Program-made: the position numbers and the translations under genes
The notes under the pieces: model-generated
Told to the model about the DNA's origin: nothing
The model's input: only the letters and a program-made list of their open reading frames with translations
Databases searched by the model: none
Assembly (NCBI GenBank): GCA_024137785.1
Contig: JAHRHZ010000140.1
Location: 31,970,930-32,034,929, forward strand
Length of the DNA: 64,000 bases
Source: Ginglymostoma cirratum
Lineage: Eukaryota
Direction of reading: 5' to 3'
Part shown: piece by piece, positions 14,401 to 28,181 of the stretch
Layout: every line of letters begins with the position of its first letter
Position numbering within the stretch: position 1 is the stretch's first letter

Positions 14401-14899
14401 ATCAGGATTACTTGATTCAGTCAACACTAATTTCAATAAAAAGACAAAAAAATTATCATAAATATAGAGAAAGTGCTGTGGGTAGTGACAGGTGATTAAA
14501 ATCTCATTCACTTGGAATCAGCCTGATTCATGGTGGTCAGATAAGGCAAGTCTTCATATCAACAGCAGATGATTATCATCTGACTCACTCTGAGTCATTT
14601 TTGATTGCACATGCACACACAAATTGGTATAAAGTAGGCTCGTGAACAACAGATCATTATAACAGAGGGTGACCTCTTAAAGATGTAGACACAGTTAAAT
14701 TGTTCTCCAGAAATGGGAGCTATAATGCAACTAATTCTAATTTGCCAAAACAGCAAAAACTGTAATTTTTTTTACTTTGCAATTTCAAAAAAGTCAAATT
14801 GATCTTTTATGAAATAGATGAATCCTTGTGTAAGTAAACCATTTAACATGGAATTGAGAGAAAAGTCCCAGCTTTATTTGTGTACATAACTGGTGAATG

Positions 14900-15140
14900 T
14901 TTGTGGGGGATTTGTCGAGCATGCTCCTTGTCTTATTCCTGGGGTAAAAAAAAATCAGCCACAGCTCTCACTGTTGATCAGTAAACAACTGGAATTCTAA
15001 ACGTGCAGACAACTGCAGGATCAACTAAGGGCCCTTGTTCAAAAAGCCCAACAATACTTACTGTCCAAGCTCACAAGAGAAGAATATCCACTAGGATGAG
15101 GTACCAGATGCCAAATGGTGTCCATGGAACCCCATCCAAA
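14900..15140 (+). mobile_element. Old degenerate SINE-like repeat
   Basis: aaaaatcagccacagctctcactgttgatc...cttactgtccaagctcacaagagaagaatatccactaggatgaggtacc...ccatggaacc resembles a shark interspersed repeat as I recall it; not verified. Confidence 0.3.
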
Positions 15141-16045
15141 GAAAAGTCAGAATCTTCAGGAGAAAAGGAGCGCGAAGAAACATTCAAGAGTAATAGCACA
15201 AATTAAAAAATTCTGAAATGTTAAGGAAATTTAATATGATGATAATGTGGTCTTAGTGCCTTCAACCAAATATTACTTTTCCATTATGGTTGAAATTATC
15301 ATAAGTACAGAATTGAACAGAGGAATTGAAATAAAATAAAGATTGAGGACAGGCAAATTGCTTTTCAGTAAGGAAAGAAAGAAATCAAACAGTGATTCAT
15401 TCTCATGTACCTCTTGCTTGCTTATAGATGTAAATGATGCAGCCATTTGATGCAACAGAGTTCACTCATCCAGAAAAGCTTCACAGTCCCCATTTTCAGT
15501 GATCACTTGTTTCTTAAAGTGATTTTAAGGTTTTTGCTTTTACTACTCGACCCAGAAGTCCAAGTATTGATTAGTTTTTCTGTGACGAGGAAGTTTCTGA
15601 TAGCAGCTCTAAATTACTGTTCACCATTTTCAATCAATGCTCATTCTTCTATAGCTTAACCTACTGTGGTAGTTTTTGGATTTACCTGTTCAATATCATG
15701 TACTATTTTATATACCCCAATAAGATTCTCTCCAGTCATTTCCTTTAAACCATAAATTTTAATGGCAAAAGAGCACAGGTCTCCTTAGTCTTTAACAACA
15801 TGATGCTAGAAACCAGCTTCTGGCTTTTTGCTGTACCATCTCCAAGTCTTCGATATCTGAATTGTACTTTTATGACCCGAACAAAACTTAACATTGAAGG
15901 TGTAGCCTGACTACAGAACTGTAAAATTTGGGCATGATATCCTTTAACTTGTAATCTAACTAATTCAGAAATTTTTTTTGAGTATGACATACACATTGTT
16001 GATTGTTGCTCTGATATTACCAAAAACGTAATGCTTCAAGTTTGG

Positions 16046-16365
16046 AAACATGGAATTCCTTCAGTGTGGAAGCAGGCCATTCAACTCATCGAATCTAAAC
16101 TGACCTTCCAAAGAGCATCCCACCCAGACCCACCTCCTACCCTATCCCTGCTTTTCATACCCCAGACACTATGGGCAATTTAGCATGGCCAATCCACCTA
16201 ACTTGCACACCTTTGGACTGCGGGAGGAAACCAGAGCACCTGGAGGAAACCCATACGGTCAGGGGAAGAATGTCCAAACTCCACACAGAGCCGAGGCTGG
16301 AATCAAACCCGTGTGGCTGGCAATGCGAGGCAGCAGTGCTAACCACTGAGTAACTGTGCTGCCCC
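16046..16365 (-). mobile_element. HE1-type (V-SINE) tRNA-derived SINE, near full length
   Basis: Minus strand starts GGGCAGCACAGTTACTCAGTGGTTAGCACTGCTGCCTC (A box), then GGGTTTGATTCC (B box), central V-domain-like TGTGTGGAGTTTGGACATTCTTCCC...GGTTTCCTCCCGCAGTCCAAAG, and CR1-like tail GAATGGCCTGCTTCCACACTG. Homologous to the copy at 20965. Confidence 0.85.
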
Positions 16366-19300
16366 TCATGAACACTTTTTTTGACAAGCCATTAACATTT
16401 TCAGTATCATAAATAGAATGTACAAGTCATCAATTTTTCTTCCTTAATGCACCACTTTACACTGATTTGTGTTATATTTTGGTTACCATTACTTTTTCTC
16501 TTTGAATATTTTGTTTAGCTCACTTTGTAGGCCTTAGACCAGCGTTGCCCACTTTGGTCCAGAAATCTAAATTGTGTTGTTAAACCTAGATGATAAATGT
16601 ACATTAGAAACATTCCAACCTAAATCACATTCTGTTCTTTCCTCATTCCTACGGCAGTTTCCTGACAAAGACTTGCTACTCGCACGAAGCGAAGAAGAAG
16701 ATAAATTGTGAAGTAAATGAAACATACTTTATGACAGTTAAGGAGGTAAAGGTTACAGCATAATATAATGTATTCTCATTACTGAAAACATTACTATTTT
16801 TCCTTTCCTCAGCCTTAAATTTATGCCACTTAAAGACTCCAAGTGGAAGGTGGGTGAGTAATCTTACTGATTTCTCCTCCACAGCTGAGACAACAGTGTC
16901 ATATCGCATTTTTACATTTAAGGTTAAAATGGGCCTGTATTCAATCCATTATACACATGGTTGTACTGATCCAAAACTGAGCTTCACACATTTAAGATAT
17001 ACCTCCATTGGTCATTTGTTTTACCTCTAATCTACGCCACACAGCTGCAGCAAGGACACCAACTGGTATCTTCCCAATAGCAAGGATTGCCCTGGGAAAA
17101 GTGCCAAATGGTGCCTTAGTAGCAAATGAGATAACGGTTCCAAATTTCACGTGCCCAGATCATTTTCTCCAGAAACATTTACATTGGATGCTAATCAGGC
17201 ATTCTGACATCAATGGAGATGTGTGAGAGCATTATAATGTTTTCGACTTGTCTATTTCACATCATCAATGATGCTTTTCTTCAAATTTTTCTTTCAGCTT
17301 AGGGTTACAAATTGCAATAAAATGTTTCAAAAGCATTATTTTGTTTCTTTTTTTTTCAGTCCACTTTATCAATTATAGTTGACTTCTAGATTATAGATCA
17401 AGTTGTTTCTTCTCTACTCAACATACTGCTAGAAAGGAATTAGCTATTTCCAGGCAAGCTAAGCAGAGGAAGAACATACATGATCAACTTTAATTAATTA
17501 GTACTTGTCCTGTATCCAATTGGTGATTTATTGTTGATCTGCACTCCCATCACATTTACCCTCATCTGAAATCTCCCCCTTCAGTACCATAGAGAACCGG
17601 TACAGTTCTACACAAGCATATTGTAGGCAGGTTGGAAATCCTCCAGAGAAATCCTAAGTATGTCTGTGTTAACCGTTTAATCCATTACCAAAGAATAATT
17701 GTGCAAATTTATACGGGCAATAAGGAAATATATCATTGTCCTGTGTGCGTAGAGCTTTTTTTCACCGCTTTAACAATAATAAACTACATGAATAGCCCAG
17801 AATTTTGCAAAAAAAGTTGAGAAAGGTACAATAATCTTCACAGCCATTTATTTAAGTATTTTTCAAGATGACATTTTATGCTTATAATAGACATGATATT
17901 GTACGATTAAGAAAGAAGGTAATCAATTAGTCTAAGTATAAACAATGTGAAAATCAGGAGTTATGCCAATCCACTGAAAGAGAGAATTTTGTCTTTTTAT
18001 AACTCAATTCCCTTCAGAAAAGAGCTTATTAACCAGAAAATATCTCCTCTAATGACAAATAGGGCTTGAGATTTGAAGAAAGAATTGTATGTAGTAGTTA
18101 AACAAAAAGGAAAGCATCCATATTCTTCACCAGTTCTTACAATAGTTCAGAAACTGTATCCTAATATTGTATACTAACAGATTACTGTTGTTTTTACTTT
18201 GGGTGTTTAATCCATTTTAATATTACTAAAAATAATTTTACAATAATGTTATCTAGTTTACAAAGTTATTTTGAGAGATTTTTAAATCAACAGTAAATCA
18301 ACCACAGTAGCAGTGTCTGTGTCAAACTGCAAGTCAATATCTTCGTTAGAAGTTATCTAATAGAAATGAATAACAGCAGTTGAAGCTAAGGGAAGCACAC
18401 TTGAAGCTGAGGATCTGGCTTGTGTTGGAAGCAATTAAAGAGTATTGAATCAATGGAGAGAAAGCAAGGCAAGATGTTATTTAGAGTGGTCATGCCTCAT
18501 AAAGTCAACCTGTTGAAGGGCACAGAAACTGAGATGCTTGGGGTAGCCAGCAGTAAAAGCCCATTTTACATTGTCTGGATTTCTTCACAGGGAGGAAGAA
18601 CTGAAGCTGGAGATGTAAGGAAGTGACCCACTAGTCCTTGCATTGAGAGCAGATAATGTTCAATTCCCTGTAGTGTCTGCATCTGATAACCCAATTATCC
18701 TCACTCTATATTTCACAGCCTTTTTGCAACCCTCCACTTACAAACAAATACATTCTTTCCAAAGAATGGCAGTTTCAGCTATTCTGAACTATTCTTAACA
18801 CTTCTATCATGTGGCAAAACAAAAGAAGTGCTGAATTTTAAATAAATCATTTTCAGGGTCTTTCAGTATACCAAATGACTATAAACAAGTGTTTCACCTA
18901 TTTAATCAATGACTGCTTGTGACAAAAATCTATTCCAGCTTCTATCAATCATTACTATTTCAAAAATGTAAGCTATTTGCAATATGAACTGAATCAAACA
19001 GGAAAGCTTGTTCTGCTTATTTTTGACTTTCTAATTAAAGCTCCATTTATAGTCACTCTTTTATGTCAGACAAGCAGTAGTTAGGAATTTCCAATTCAGA
19101 CTTGTTGATAGCTATCAAATCCCAAGCAGATAATTATGTTTACATTAGACACTTATCCACCCAATCATAAACCATCAGGGGTTTAATCTGAACAGGAAGG
19201 ATGGTGAGGAAAATGGAATGTTTTGTGGGCTGCAGCTGGACCACATCAACTTCCAGGGTTCTTGTGTGCTAATAGTGGAAATTGTACTTTAATTTGTCAC

Positions 19301-20476
19301 ACGATAAAAACAGAACAGGTGAGCAGAAAATGAAAATAAAACTAATGAAACAAAGTTTAAATTTCTGGCTTATAAGTTCAACTGTAGCTGTTTAAACATC
19401 GAATGCCAATATATACTGCAAATCAAAATCATTAAAATTGTCGATCTAAATTTGATTTTCTAATTCTTTGCATTGTTTAACAGTCATGAAATAAAGCTGG
19501 ATTTCTGGTTGAGCTTGAATTCACTCTGGCCTGGTGCTTTCCTGCAGAACTCAAAATTTAAAATCCAGCCGCATAAGCATTCAAGGTGAATGTGTGCCAT
19601 ATGATATGGTTCAATTCAGATTCCTAACATTCAGTGCAACTCACTTTTCATTTTTATAGGTGGTGTATTTTAAATTATGAAGTTGAATTGCAAGGTTCTT
19701 TGATTCATCATGGAATCCGACAGTATCGATTTGTGAGGTGCAAAAGGCACAGCACAACATATATATTTTGTTTTATGAATGTTTGTAACATTCTTCCAAA
19801 AGTGCATCTCATCCTGGGATATGGCTCCATAGATCCCAGCAGCTCTGAGAATTTCTGTGAATCTAGGTGGTGAATGCTGGGGGATTGTTCCACTGTGGGA
19901 GTATCACACTCAAACCCAATCCCAATTTTACTCACTGTTCAATCAAGGATGTTGCCAAGAATGGGTACAGGAACCATTTATGAATGTTTCCTTTTGTATC
20001 CTAGAGACACCGAGGCTAACTGCAGTGCCACTACTGCTAATAGTGGAAGATCTCAGATCAAAGTTGAGATAGCAAGTCTGTTTGGATCAATAAGTTTTCC
20101 ACAAGCTCTCTTATTTGTACTCCTGCCAACTTAACGTCCTCCAATTTCATCCCTGCCTCCTACAGAGTGTTCCACAATCTTATTTGAGGGCTATTCTCAT
20201 GTTAATTTCAAGATCTCAAGATCAATTTTCAAATATTTACCCATTCTGGAATATTTAAAGTAGACCACTTTGTTAGCTGGATTTCTTGCACAGTTTCAAT
20301 AAAAGCAGCTACATTCTCTGGATTCCACATATGTACATTGAACTAATATAATTTTATGGCATTTGTACTGACTGACATTGTTAGTATGAGCAAAATGAGA
20401 CTAAAGTTCTGCAATTCTGCGGACCAACAATGCTGGCATTTATATCAGAACTGTACCTGGGCGAAACCTTACCAAA

Positions 20477-20497
20477 GTGTGTGTGTGTGTGTGTGTG
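20477..20497. repeat. (GT)10 microsatellite
   Basis: Direct reading. Confidence 0.9.
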
Positions 20498-20964
20498 AGG
20501 CAGGAGGGGGTATGTGCAACTGCCTACTCTACTAGGGAGCCTGTGAATTGTTTATTTAAAATGCCAGACCTTACAGTGGGAGGAAACAAGGCTCCCATTT
20601 AGATATTGCCTAATTTGCCAGCAACAGCCTTTAAAGATATTGCACCTTTTAAAAATTTTAAATTGCCCTTATTTTGTCTCCTTTTTGGTGGTCCAGATCT
20701 TGATTGCAACCTACCCTTAAGGGTGGGCTCTGACCAGACATTTGATTAGCATTTGCCAGGGATTCTTATGGCCGCCCTTTACTTTTTCCCTCTGGAATGC
20801 TCAATGTAGCGAGTTGGTCACTCCCAACCTTATTCGCTATTATATTGATGTTTCAGGTGGGCAGAGACTCTACCCCCATCAAGTTATTGTGAACCTTTTG
20901 TTACTAGTTCCTAACTTTGCATTTGGTCATTCTGGCAAGCCTTTACTATTATTATGCCAATAAA

Positions 20965-21298
20965 TCTGCTGTCTCACAGTGCCAGGGACCTGGATTCAAC
21001 ACAGCCTCAGATGACTATCCGTGTGGAGTTTGCACATTCTCCCAGTGTCTGCGTGGGTTACCTCAAGGTGTTCCGATTTCCTCCCACAGTCCAAAGTCTG
21101 CAGGGTAGTTGGATTGGCCATGCTGAAAAAATGGTCTCATGGTGTCCAGGGATGTGCAACTTAGATGAGTTAGCCATGGAAAAAAAAAATCACATGCAGG
21201 ATTATAAGAACAGGTAGGTGAGATCCTCTTCAGATGGTTGGTGCACACTCAATGGGCTGAATGGCCTCTTTCTGCACTGTAGGGATTTTATGATTCTA
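20965..21298 (+). mobile_element. HE1-type (V-SINE) SINE, slightly 5'-truncated
   Basis: ctgctgtctcacagtgccagggacctggattcaa...gtgtggagtttgcacattctccc...cctcccacagtccaaag...ggattggccatgct...gggctgaatggcctctttctgcactgtagggattttatgattcta; aligns by eye with the reverse complement of 16046-16365. Confidence 0.85.
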
Positions 21299-22239
21299 AA
21301 TATTTTAAATTCCTATTTGTTTTACATTACTGTGGGTTTAGCAGAATGATGTCAAAGTTTATACTGCATATCTTACACCCGTGATACAACAATTTTATCT
21401 TGACCCGATGCACAATGCAAGATAAAATGGCAATGAGCCAAATGTGAGAACTTACCTATTACAGAAGGAGTGTAAACAATGCTGCTTGCAGTCTAAGAAC
21501 AAAATTGATAAAAATTGCTCACTAAATGCATATTGTTAGAGGCAATCCTTATTTTCTAACATTTGACCGTTAATATTTTGTCAATATAAATTAACATCAA
21601 AGAACATTTAAGCTTATATAGGTTGGCGCAGTGCAGTACACTGAAGCACAAATGCTTGATCCAATAGATTTTTGGTTATATATTCAATGACCCATTTCAC
21701 AACCTTGTCAACCACCACTGGAAAAGATCTCAAACAGTAGATCTTTCATATATATCCCCTATACTCCAGCTCAGAAGTGGGATTGATAAAGGCCTACCTG
21801 TCTAGCTACCATTACTACATCTGCAGTTCTCTTAAGAGCTAATTTCTCGTTGATGGTTTGTTCAATTACCTGGTGTGCATATTCTAACCATTAGATTCTG
21901 CACGCACATTACCCTGTACTCTAATTGACTTCAAGATCCTTGTATTACTTTTCAAACCACACACTACCCAAACAATCTCCTCCAATGATCTACCTTTGCA
22001 AACACCCTCCTTTCTTCTGATCTTAGGTTAACTCTTAATTTCCTGTCAAGTCACTCTGTATTGATGACTGAGACTCTTTCAACAAATAATCAACTGGACT
22101 TCCTTCTTTGATCGTTCCCATCCCTCTACCTTTTTTTTTCAAAATTCCCAAGTCCATTCAGTTCTTAGTATAGTTACATTATAACACATCTTCATGACTA
22201 CTTCTTCTTCAATTCTTTGCTTGAAGTCATGTCTGACCC

Positions 22240-22370
22240 ATAGCATCATGATCACTGGCACGAGAAGGGTAAGGAGACAGGTACCAAATCCACCCCATTT
22301 GGAATGGAAATCAAATTCCATGCTGTTGGCATCAATCTAATCCATGTCAACCATCCAGCCAACTGGCTCC
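22240..22370 (-). mobile_element. tRNA-derived SINE fragment (same family as 24010-24230)
   Basis: Reverse complement cagttggctggatggttg...gatgccaacagcatggaatttgatttccat matches the head of the 24010 copy. Confidence 0.5.
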
Positions 22371-23139
22371 CGAAGAAGTTCAAATTGCTGTGGCAATAAA
22401 CACTCTTACATGCATGTTTTAGCCTAGAGCTGTGGGTAGTGATGGATGGCAGGGGTTCCAGTTTCTTTCCATCATATGGCTAACCAGGCATCTTAGCCCT
22501 TTAACTGTAGAAGGGAATTACAATTGATACTCAACCTGTTTGGCCCCATTATGAATGCATCCTCCTTGGTCATTAAGGACTGGAGTGGGAACTAAACGTG
22601 GAATGCCTGGCTCAGAGGATGGGGCACAACCTCAAGTTCTTTCACACATAGCAATAATGAAATAAAGAATATTCCACATTTCCCCACATTAGTGAGTCAC
22701 CATGTAAGCCTTGATTTAAATAATTCCTCTGGCAATTTGTCTTTATAAGCATTCCTAGTGATTCCCCGGCACTCTATTTTAAATGCCTGGTTGTGTCAAT
22801 AGTCTTTTATTTTAAGAACAATGTGCATTTAGTTATTCCAATCCCATTGTGAGATAGGTATCAAAACATTTTCTGAGGTGTTCTTCATTACTTAGGCAAG
22901 GCAACAACTGCTTTTTCTTTAATGTTTAACAATTTTCAATTAATGTATTTACCACTTTTTTATGAACTTTACAAACTTGGTTGCCATGGGTTAGGCACAT
23001 ACTTAAAAAAAATCATAATTAATAGATAATTGATAATTTTTCATTGGAGAAAATATAAAAAAAGCCTGAACAAAAACAGTTCTGCTGAAGGTCATGTACA
23101 AGTTTGTTTCACTGCCTTGCACTTACAAGGTTCAAGTGC

Positions 23140-23990
23140 TACTAGACACTTACTTGTCAGCTCAAGCTTGAAGGTTGTCCAGGTCCTGCTGTACGCTAAC
23201 ACGGGTGGATTCATTGTTGGAAGAGCTGTAAATCATCTGTGAACATCGTAACCTTATGATAGAAGGGGGTCATTGATGATTGTTGGGATGAGAATGCTGC
23301 CCTGAAGGTGCTCCTTCAACAGCCACGATCATCTTCCTGCATGTCAGCTATGATTCCAGTTGTTGGACTTTATCTTTCCATTTGACACACACTGATTTTA
23401 CTTTCTTTTGAAGTCCTTAATATCACACGTGGTTTAATGTTGCCTTGAAATTTCTGGCAATTACTCTCAGCTCTCCCCTAGCATTCAGTTCTTGCAACCA
23501 TGTTAAGATTAAGGCTGTGATAAGGTCTGGAGTCAAATAATGCTGGGAGAACCTGAACTCAGAATTAGTGCGCAGGTTGTTGTAGAATAGGTGAAGTTGA
23601 TTAATACCATTAATGGAAAACCAAAGAACCACAGATGCTGAACATGGAACGTTAACTCTGCTTTCTCTCCACAGATGTTGCTAGACCTGCTGAAGCAAGT
23701 TCTGACTTTGAACACTATTAATGGCTTCCTCCATCTCTTTATTATTGGGAAGTATCTGATAAAACAGTAGTTAGCTTGGCTAGATTTGTTCTTTTTGGGG
23801 TGGATAACAATGTTCCACTTTGTCAGGGTGAATGCTATTACCACAGTATAAGTGACACAGCTCGAGAAAGAAGATGTTAAGCTATTACTTGCAGGCCCTC
23901 AGCACTACAACTGGTATTTTGCCAACTCTAATCACCTTCACTCTGCCTAATGCATCTGGCTAAGATTTAATGTCAAGCTGACTGAACTGA
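23140..23990 (-). mobile_element. Decayed CR1/L2-clade LINE reverse transcriptase fragment
   Basis: Minus-strand peptides TPDLITALILTWLQELNARGELRVIARNFKATLNHV (resembles ...ALDIKAAFDRV), WNIVIHPKKNKSSQANYCFI (resembles ...VHKK.DKS.P.NYRPI) and GAPSGQHS / PQGS-like DNA near 23290-23315; stops and frameshifts. Confidence 0.7.
23617..23713. mobile_element. Small Penelope-like terminal-repeat insertion nested in the LINE fragment
   Basis: aaaaccaaagaaccacagatgctg (inverted tail) + gaacgttaactctgctttctctccacagatgttgctagacctgctga; flanked by accattaatgg (23606-23616) and actattaatgg (23714-23724). Confidence 0.55.
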
Positions 23991-24009
23991 ATAGGTTGTA
24001 CCACTAATC

Positions 24010-24232
24010 AAAGCAGTTGGTTTGCTCAGTTGGCTGGGGGATTGGTTTGCAATGTACAGTGACATTAACAGCATAGGTTCAATTCCCATACTGGGTAAGG
24101 TTACCATGAACGTCCCACTTTCTCAAGTCTGCCCCTTGTTTCAGGTGTGGTGATCTCAGGTTAAACCCCCATTAGTTGTTTCTCTCCAATGAGAGAGTAG
24201 TTCTTTCATTCTCTGTCAACTTTACTTTTACT
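24010..24232 (+). mobile_element. tRNA-derived SINE
   Basis: A-box-like ttgctcagttgg, B-box-like ggttcaattccc, body caggtgtggtgatctcaggttaaacc, tail actttactttt. Confidence 0.6.
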
Positions 24233-25329
24233 AATAATCAGTAAGGAGATGGAAGAAACCATGAATAGTATTAGTCAGCTTCACATATTCTTCATTAAAC
24301 TGTGCACCAATTTTCAGCTTAGATTCTGCCAGCATTAGTTGGCTCCATTTTATCACAAACTTAATCTAAACATGGATGCAAGAGTTGAATGCCAGAGGAA
24401 AGCTGAGGATAATTACCTGTGATTGATTACAGTTACAGATCAATGGGCTGGTTATTATATATTCCCAGGAAACATGGCCAGAACCACATTATATAGGGAG
24501 GGTGGAGAGTCCACCAAGTTCTCACTGCTCCTCTGAGCTCATCCCTACAAAACAGAAGGTGGACCGGCCTTGATGGCCTGGACACCATGTTAATAAATAA
24601 TTAAAGGGTAGTTCAGCTTGTTAAATGCTCCGTTGACACCCAATATCATACTGCACAAGCCATAAAATGGATAGTGTTAGTAGGGGGTGTGTGAGTGGTG
24701 TCCCATATTTTGTAAATGTTTGAATGCAAAGGAACAGGATTCTATCTTTGGAAGGTGTGTCCTTTGCCCAGCTGAGCCACCCTCACCCTCTCCAGGCAAG
24801 ATAGTACACCACTCCTTCCTACTTGCCTGTACTTCAAAACCAACGCCCAACATTCTTGCACCCCGATTCGCAAAAAAAAACTGCTGCCCAAAATCTTCTA
24901 ACATACCTGAATACTGCACATAGGACCTCTTTCATCAGCTTGCCTGCAGTCCCAGCAGCACCCAGTACAGAGCTCTGCTGAGACTGCTGGAGTTGCTAGC
25001 CAATCAGATTGGCCACCAGTGCCACAGGGTGGGATTTCCTCGCATTGATGGACAAATATCTCACTGTCCATCAACACAGCCCACCTGCATTGCTTTACGA
25101 CTGAAGGGCAGGTTTGTTGTTAGCCTGTTGGCTTGCCCCTAACTTTTTATCTGGTGAGAACCATCTATAAACATGACACCAAACTCCCAAAGAAAAAACT
25201 AGCGCAGGTTTTACTAGACTTAGTATTGTATGGTGTGACGTGATTGATTAATGATCTTAGAGTTAAGGCATGCCAGGGTGCAGTATCCATAATATGATCA
25301 AATTTTACATCTAGTTTGGAGAAGACTGG

Positions 25330-27559
25330 GTCTAAGATTAGTATTTTAAACGTTATTAAGGACAACTGGAAGCTGAGCTACGTGAAGTGAGCTGGCATAC
25401 CAGATATAGGGATAGATCAATGGAGACACAATGGCAGACATCTAAGGGGATATTTAAGAATACTTCGAACAAGTATATTCCTATTACAAAGAAAAATTCT
25501 AAAGGGACAACATGGTTAACTAAAGGACTTAAGATAAGCATAGAACTGAACGAAAAAAGCAGAAAACTGAACAAACATGAGTGTCAAGTCAGGTGATTGT
25601 TCAGATTATAAAAAATGGTAAAGAATAACTGAAAGGTTAATCAGGAGTAGGAAATCACAGTATGAAAGGGAATTGGTGAGAAATGAAAAAATGAATAGCA
25701 AGAGTTTCTACAAGTACTTAGAAAAAGAAAGGAAGTGATTCTCTAGAGAGTGAAAATGGAAAGTTACTTTTTTAGTCACTCGTGGGATGAGGGCACCTCT
25801 GGCTGGCAAGCATTTATTGCCTGTCCCTAGTTACCTTAAAGAAGGTGTTGGTGAGCTACCTTCTTGAACCAACGTAATTTATGTTCTAGGTAGGCCCACA
25901 GTGCCCTTAGGGAGAGAATTATTTAGGGAGGGAATAGTATATAATAAGGAAATAGCAGGTGCAATTAACAAATATTTTGATTCTGTCTTCATTATAGAGG
26001 ACACAAAAAAATTGTTCCAATAATAGTTATAAATCAGAAGTGGAAATGAGAGAGGAAGTTAGCAAAATTATAGTCACAAAGGAAGTGGTACCAAACAAAC
26101 TGATAGAGCTGTGGGCTGACAAATCTCCAGATCCAGGTGGACTTCATCCTAGGATCTTAAAAGAGGTAGCAGATATATTGATGTTAGTTTTTCAAAACTC
26201 CCCAGACTCAGGAAAACTTCCATCGGACTGTTAAGTGGCAAATATAACGAATATAATTCAAGAACAGAAGGAGGCCAGTTAGCTTGATATCTGTCAAAAG
26301 GAAGAGTTTGAATCAATTGTTAAAGAGATTATTGCTACACACTTAGAAAAACAAAAGGCAATTGGGAACAATCAGCATGGTTTTGTCACTGGAGTTATTT
26401 GAAGAATTACTACATGCTGTGGATACAGGGAAGCCTATGGGTGCACCATACTTGGATTTCCAGAAGAAATTTGAGAAGTTGCCACATCAACAGTTATAGC
26501 AGAAAGTAAAAGCTCGTGATACAGAGGGTAACATATTAGCACGGATAGAAGGCTGGTTGACTGACAGACATTTGATGAGTGGAATCCCACAGGGGTCTGT
26601 GCAACTTTTACAATTTCTTTCAATGACTTAGAAGAGGGGAGCAAAATCAAATTCAGAAATGACACCAGGATAGTTTGGAAAGTATGCTGGAAGACATAGG
26701 AAAGTTGTAGATGACTATAAAAAGGTTGATGAATGGGCAAAAATCTGTCAGATGGAGTATAATGTGGAAAAATGTGAAGTTGTTCATTTTGACAGAAAGA
26801 ATACAAAACGGACAGTACTATTTATTGGAGAACAGCTGCAGAATTTCAAGGCAGAGTCATTTAGGTGTTCTCATGCATGAGTCACAAAACATTAGCACGT
26901 CGGTACAACATGCAATCAAGAAATCCAACGAAATGTTACTCTTTATTATTGGAGGAACTGAACATTCCCACTTTGTGTTTCAGTTATACAGGGCAGTAGT
27001 GAGATGTCATCTCGAATACCACATACAGTGTTGATCTCCTTATTTAAGTATGGATGTAAACACATTGGGGGCAGTCAGGAGGAGGTTCATGAGATTAGAT
27101 TGAGCAGGTTGTCTTGTCCTATGAGGTTGGGTAGGTTGGGCTTGTTACTAATGGAGTTTAAGAGAGTGAGATGTCTTGATTGAAGTTTATAAGATTCTGA
27201 ATGGTCTTGACAAGGTGGATGTGGAAAGAATATTTCCTCTTCTGGCTTGGTCCAGAACTAGGGGGCAATGTTGAAAATTTAGGGATCACTCTTTCAGAGC
27301 AGAAGTTAGGAGAATTTCTTTTCTCTCAGAGGATTCTTAGACTTCAGAACTCTCAGTTTCAGAGGTATGGAGGCTGGATAATTAAACATTTTAAAGGCAG
27401 AAATGGATAGTTTCTTGTTAAACAGGGGAATCAAGGATAAATGGAAATGTGAAATTTGGAAGACAAACAGATTGGTTGGGATATTATTGAATGGGCAAGC
27501 AGACTGGGGGGGGGGGGGAATGAATGGTCTACTTCTGCTCCAATTTTGTATGTAAGTAT
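25330..27559 (+). mobile_element. Decayed CR1-clade LINE (ORF2 RT region and 3' end), 5'-truncated
   Basis: Peptide remnants KSPDPGGLHPRILKEVA, NQHGF, YLDFQKKFEKLPH, SGIPQGSV, LYRAVVRCHLEYHIQC across shifted frames; 3' tail gaatggtctacttctgctccaattttgtatgtaagtat typical of CR1. Confidence 0.88.
25765..25935 (-). mobile_element. LINE/SINE 3'-end fragment nested antisense inside the CR1
   Basis: T-run followed by cactcgtgggatgagggcacctctggctggcaagcatttattgcctgtccctag...gaaggtgttggtgagctaccttcttgaacc; its reverse complement resembles the tail (...cctacatcccatc...aaaa) of the 57508 SINE; interrupts the CR1 sequence. Confidence 0.6.
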
Positions 27560-28181
27560 TCTACCAGGAGTACAATATTTGCCTAAGGAAGATAATAAAG
27601 GGGTCAGCAGTGCTGCCTTATAGATATAATTGATTATTTCATGAGTCTGTGGTATGGTCATCTGGCTGAATCCTATCTTGAAATAACACTGGATCATTAC
27701 CACTAGAATTGTCCAAGATCATTGTGCTACAATTAAGTAACCTGTGGGTGATTTAAGAATTTCAGATTACACACCATGAGTAAACCCTATTGTGTGTGCT
27801 TATGTTACAAGTTAACCAAATTAGAAACAGACAGTAAACACCGTTTTTTGAAGAACATTATTGCATTAGCTGCACTTTTACAATAATTCAGCAATTTTTA
27901 TAATAATTTTATCTGGTGATAGCCCACAAATTACTGAATCCAATTTCACAACTTGTCTTGGTGGAATTTGAACTCTCAGCCCAGACAAGTTGACTGCTAA
28001 TACAATAAGCACTCCACTATTATATCTGATTTCTAAAGTATATTTTACAATGCAAACAAAACAAAGACAAGCATGTTTTATTCTGTATCTCTGGATTACA
28101 CTTTGTTTATTGTGTTTAATTTTTTTTGCATATCAAGGAAGATAAAGTTATTGTAGTATTTTATGTATCAGACAAATAAAA

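Noticed and set aside
16290-16365. tRNA gene-like A/B boxes (also ~24020 and ~57510)
   Set aside because: SINE heads followed by SINE bodies; no complete cloverleaf.
26040-27410. ORFs with reverse-transcriptase-like peptides as a functional gene
   Set aside because: Fragmented by many stops and frameshifts; dead CR1 LINE.
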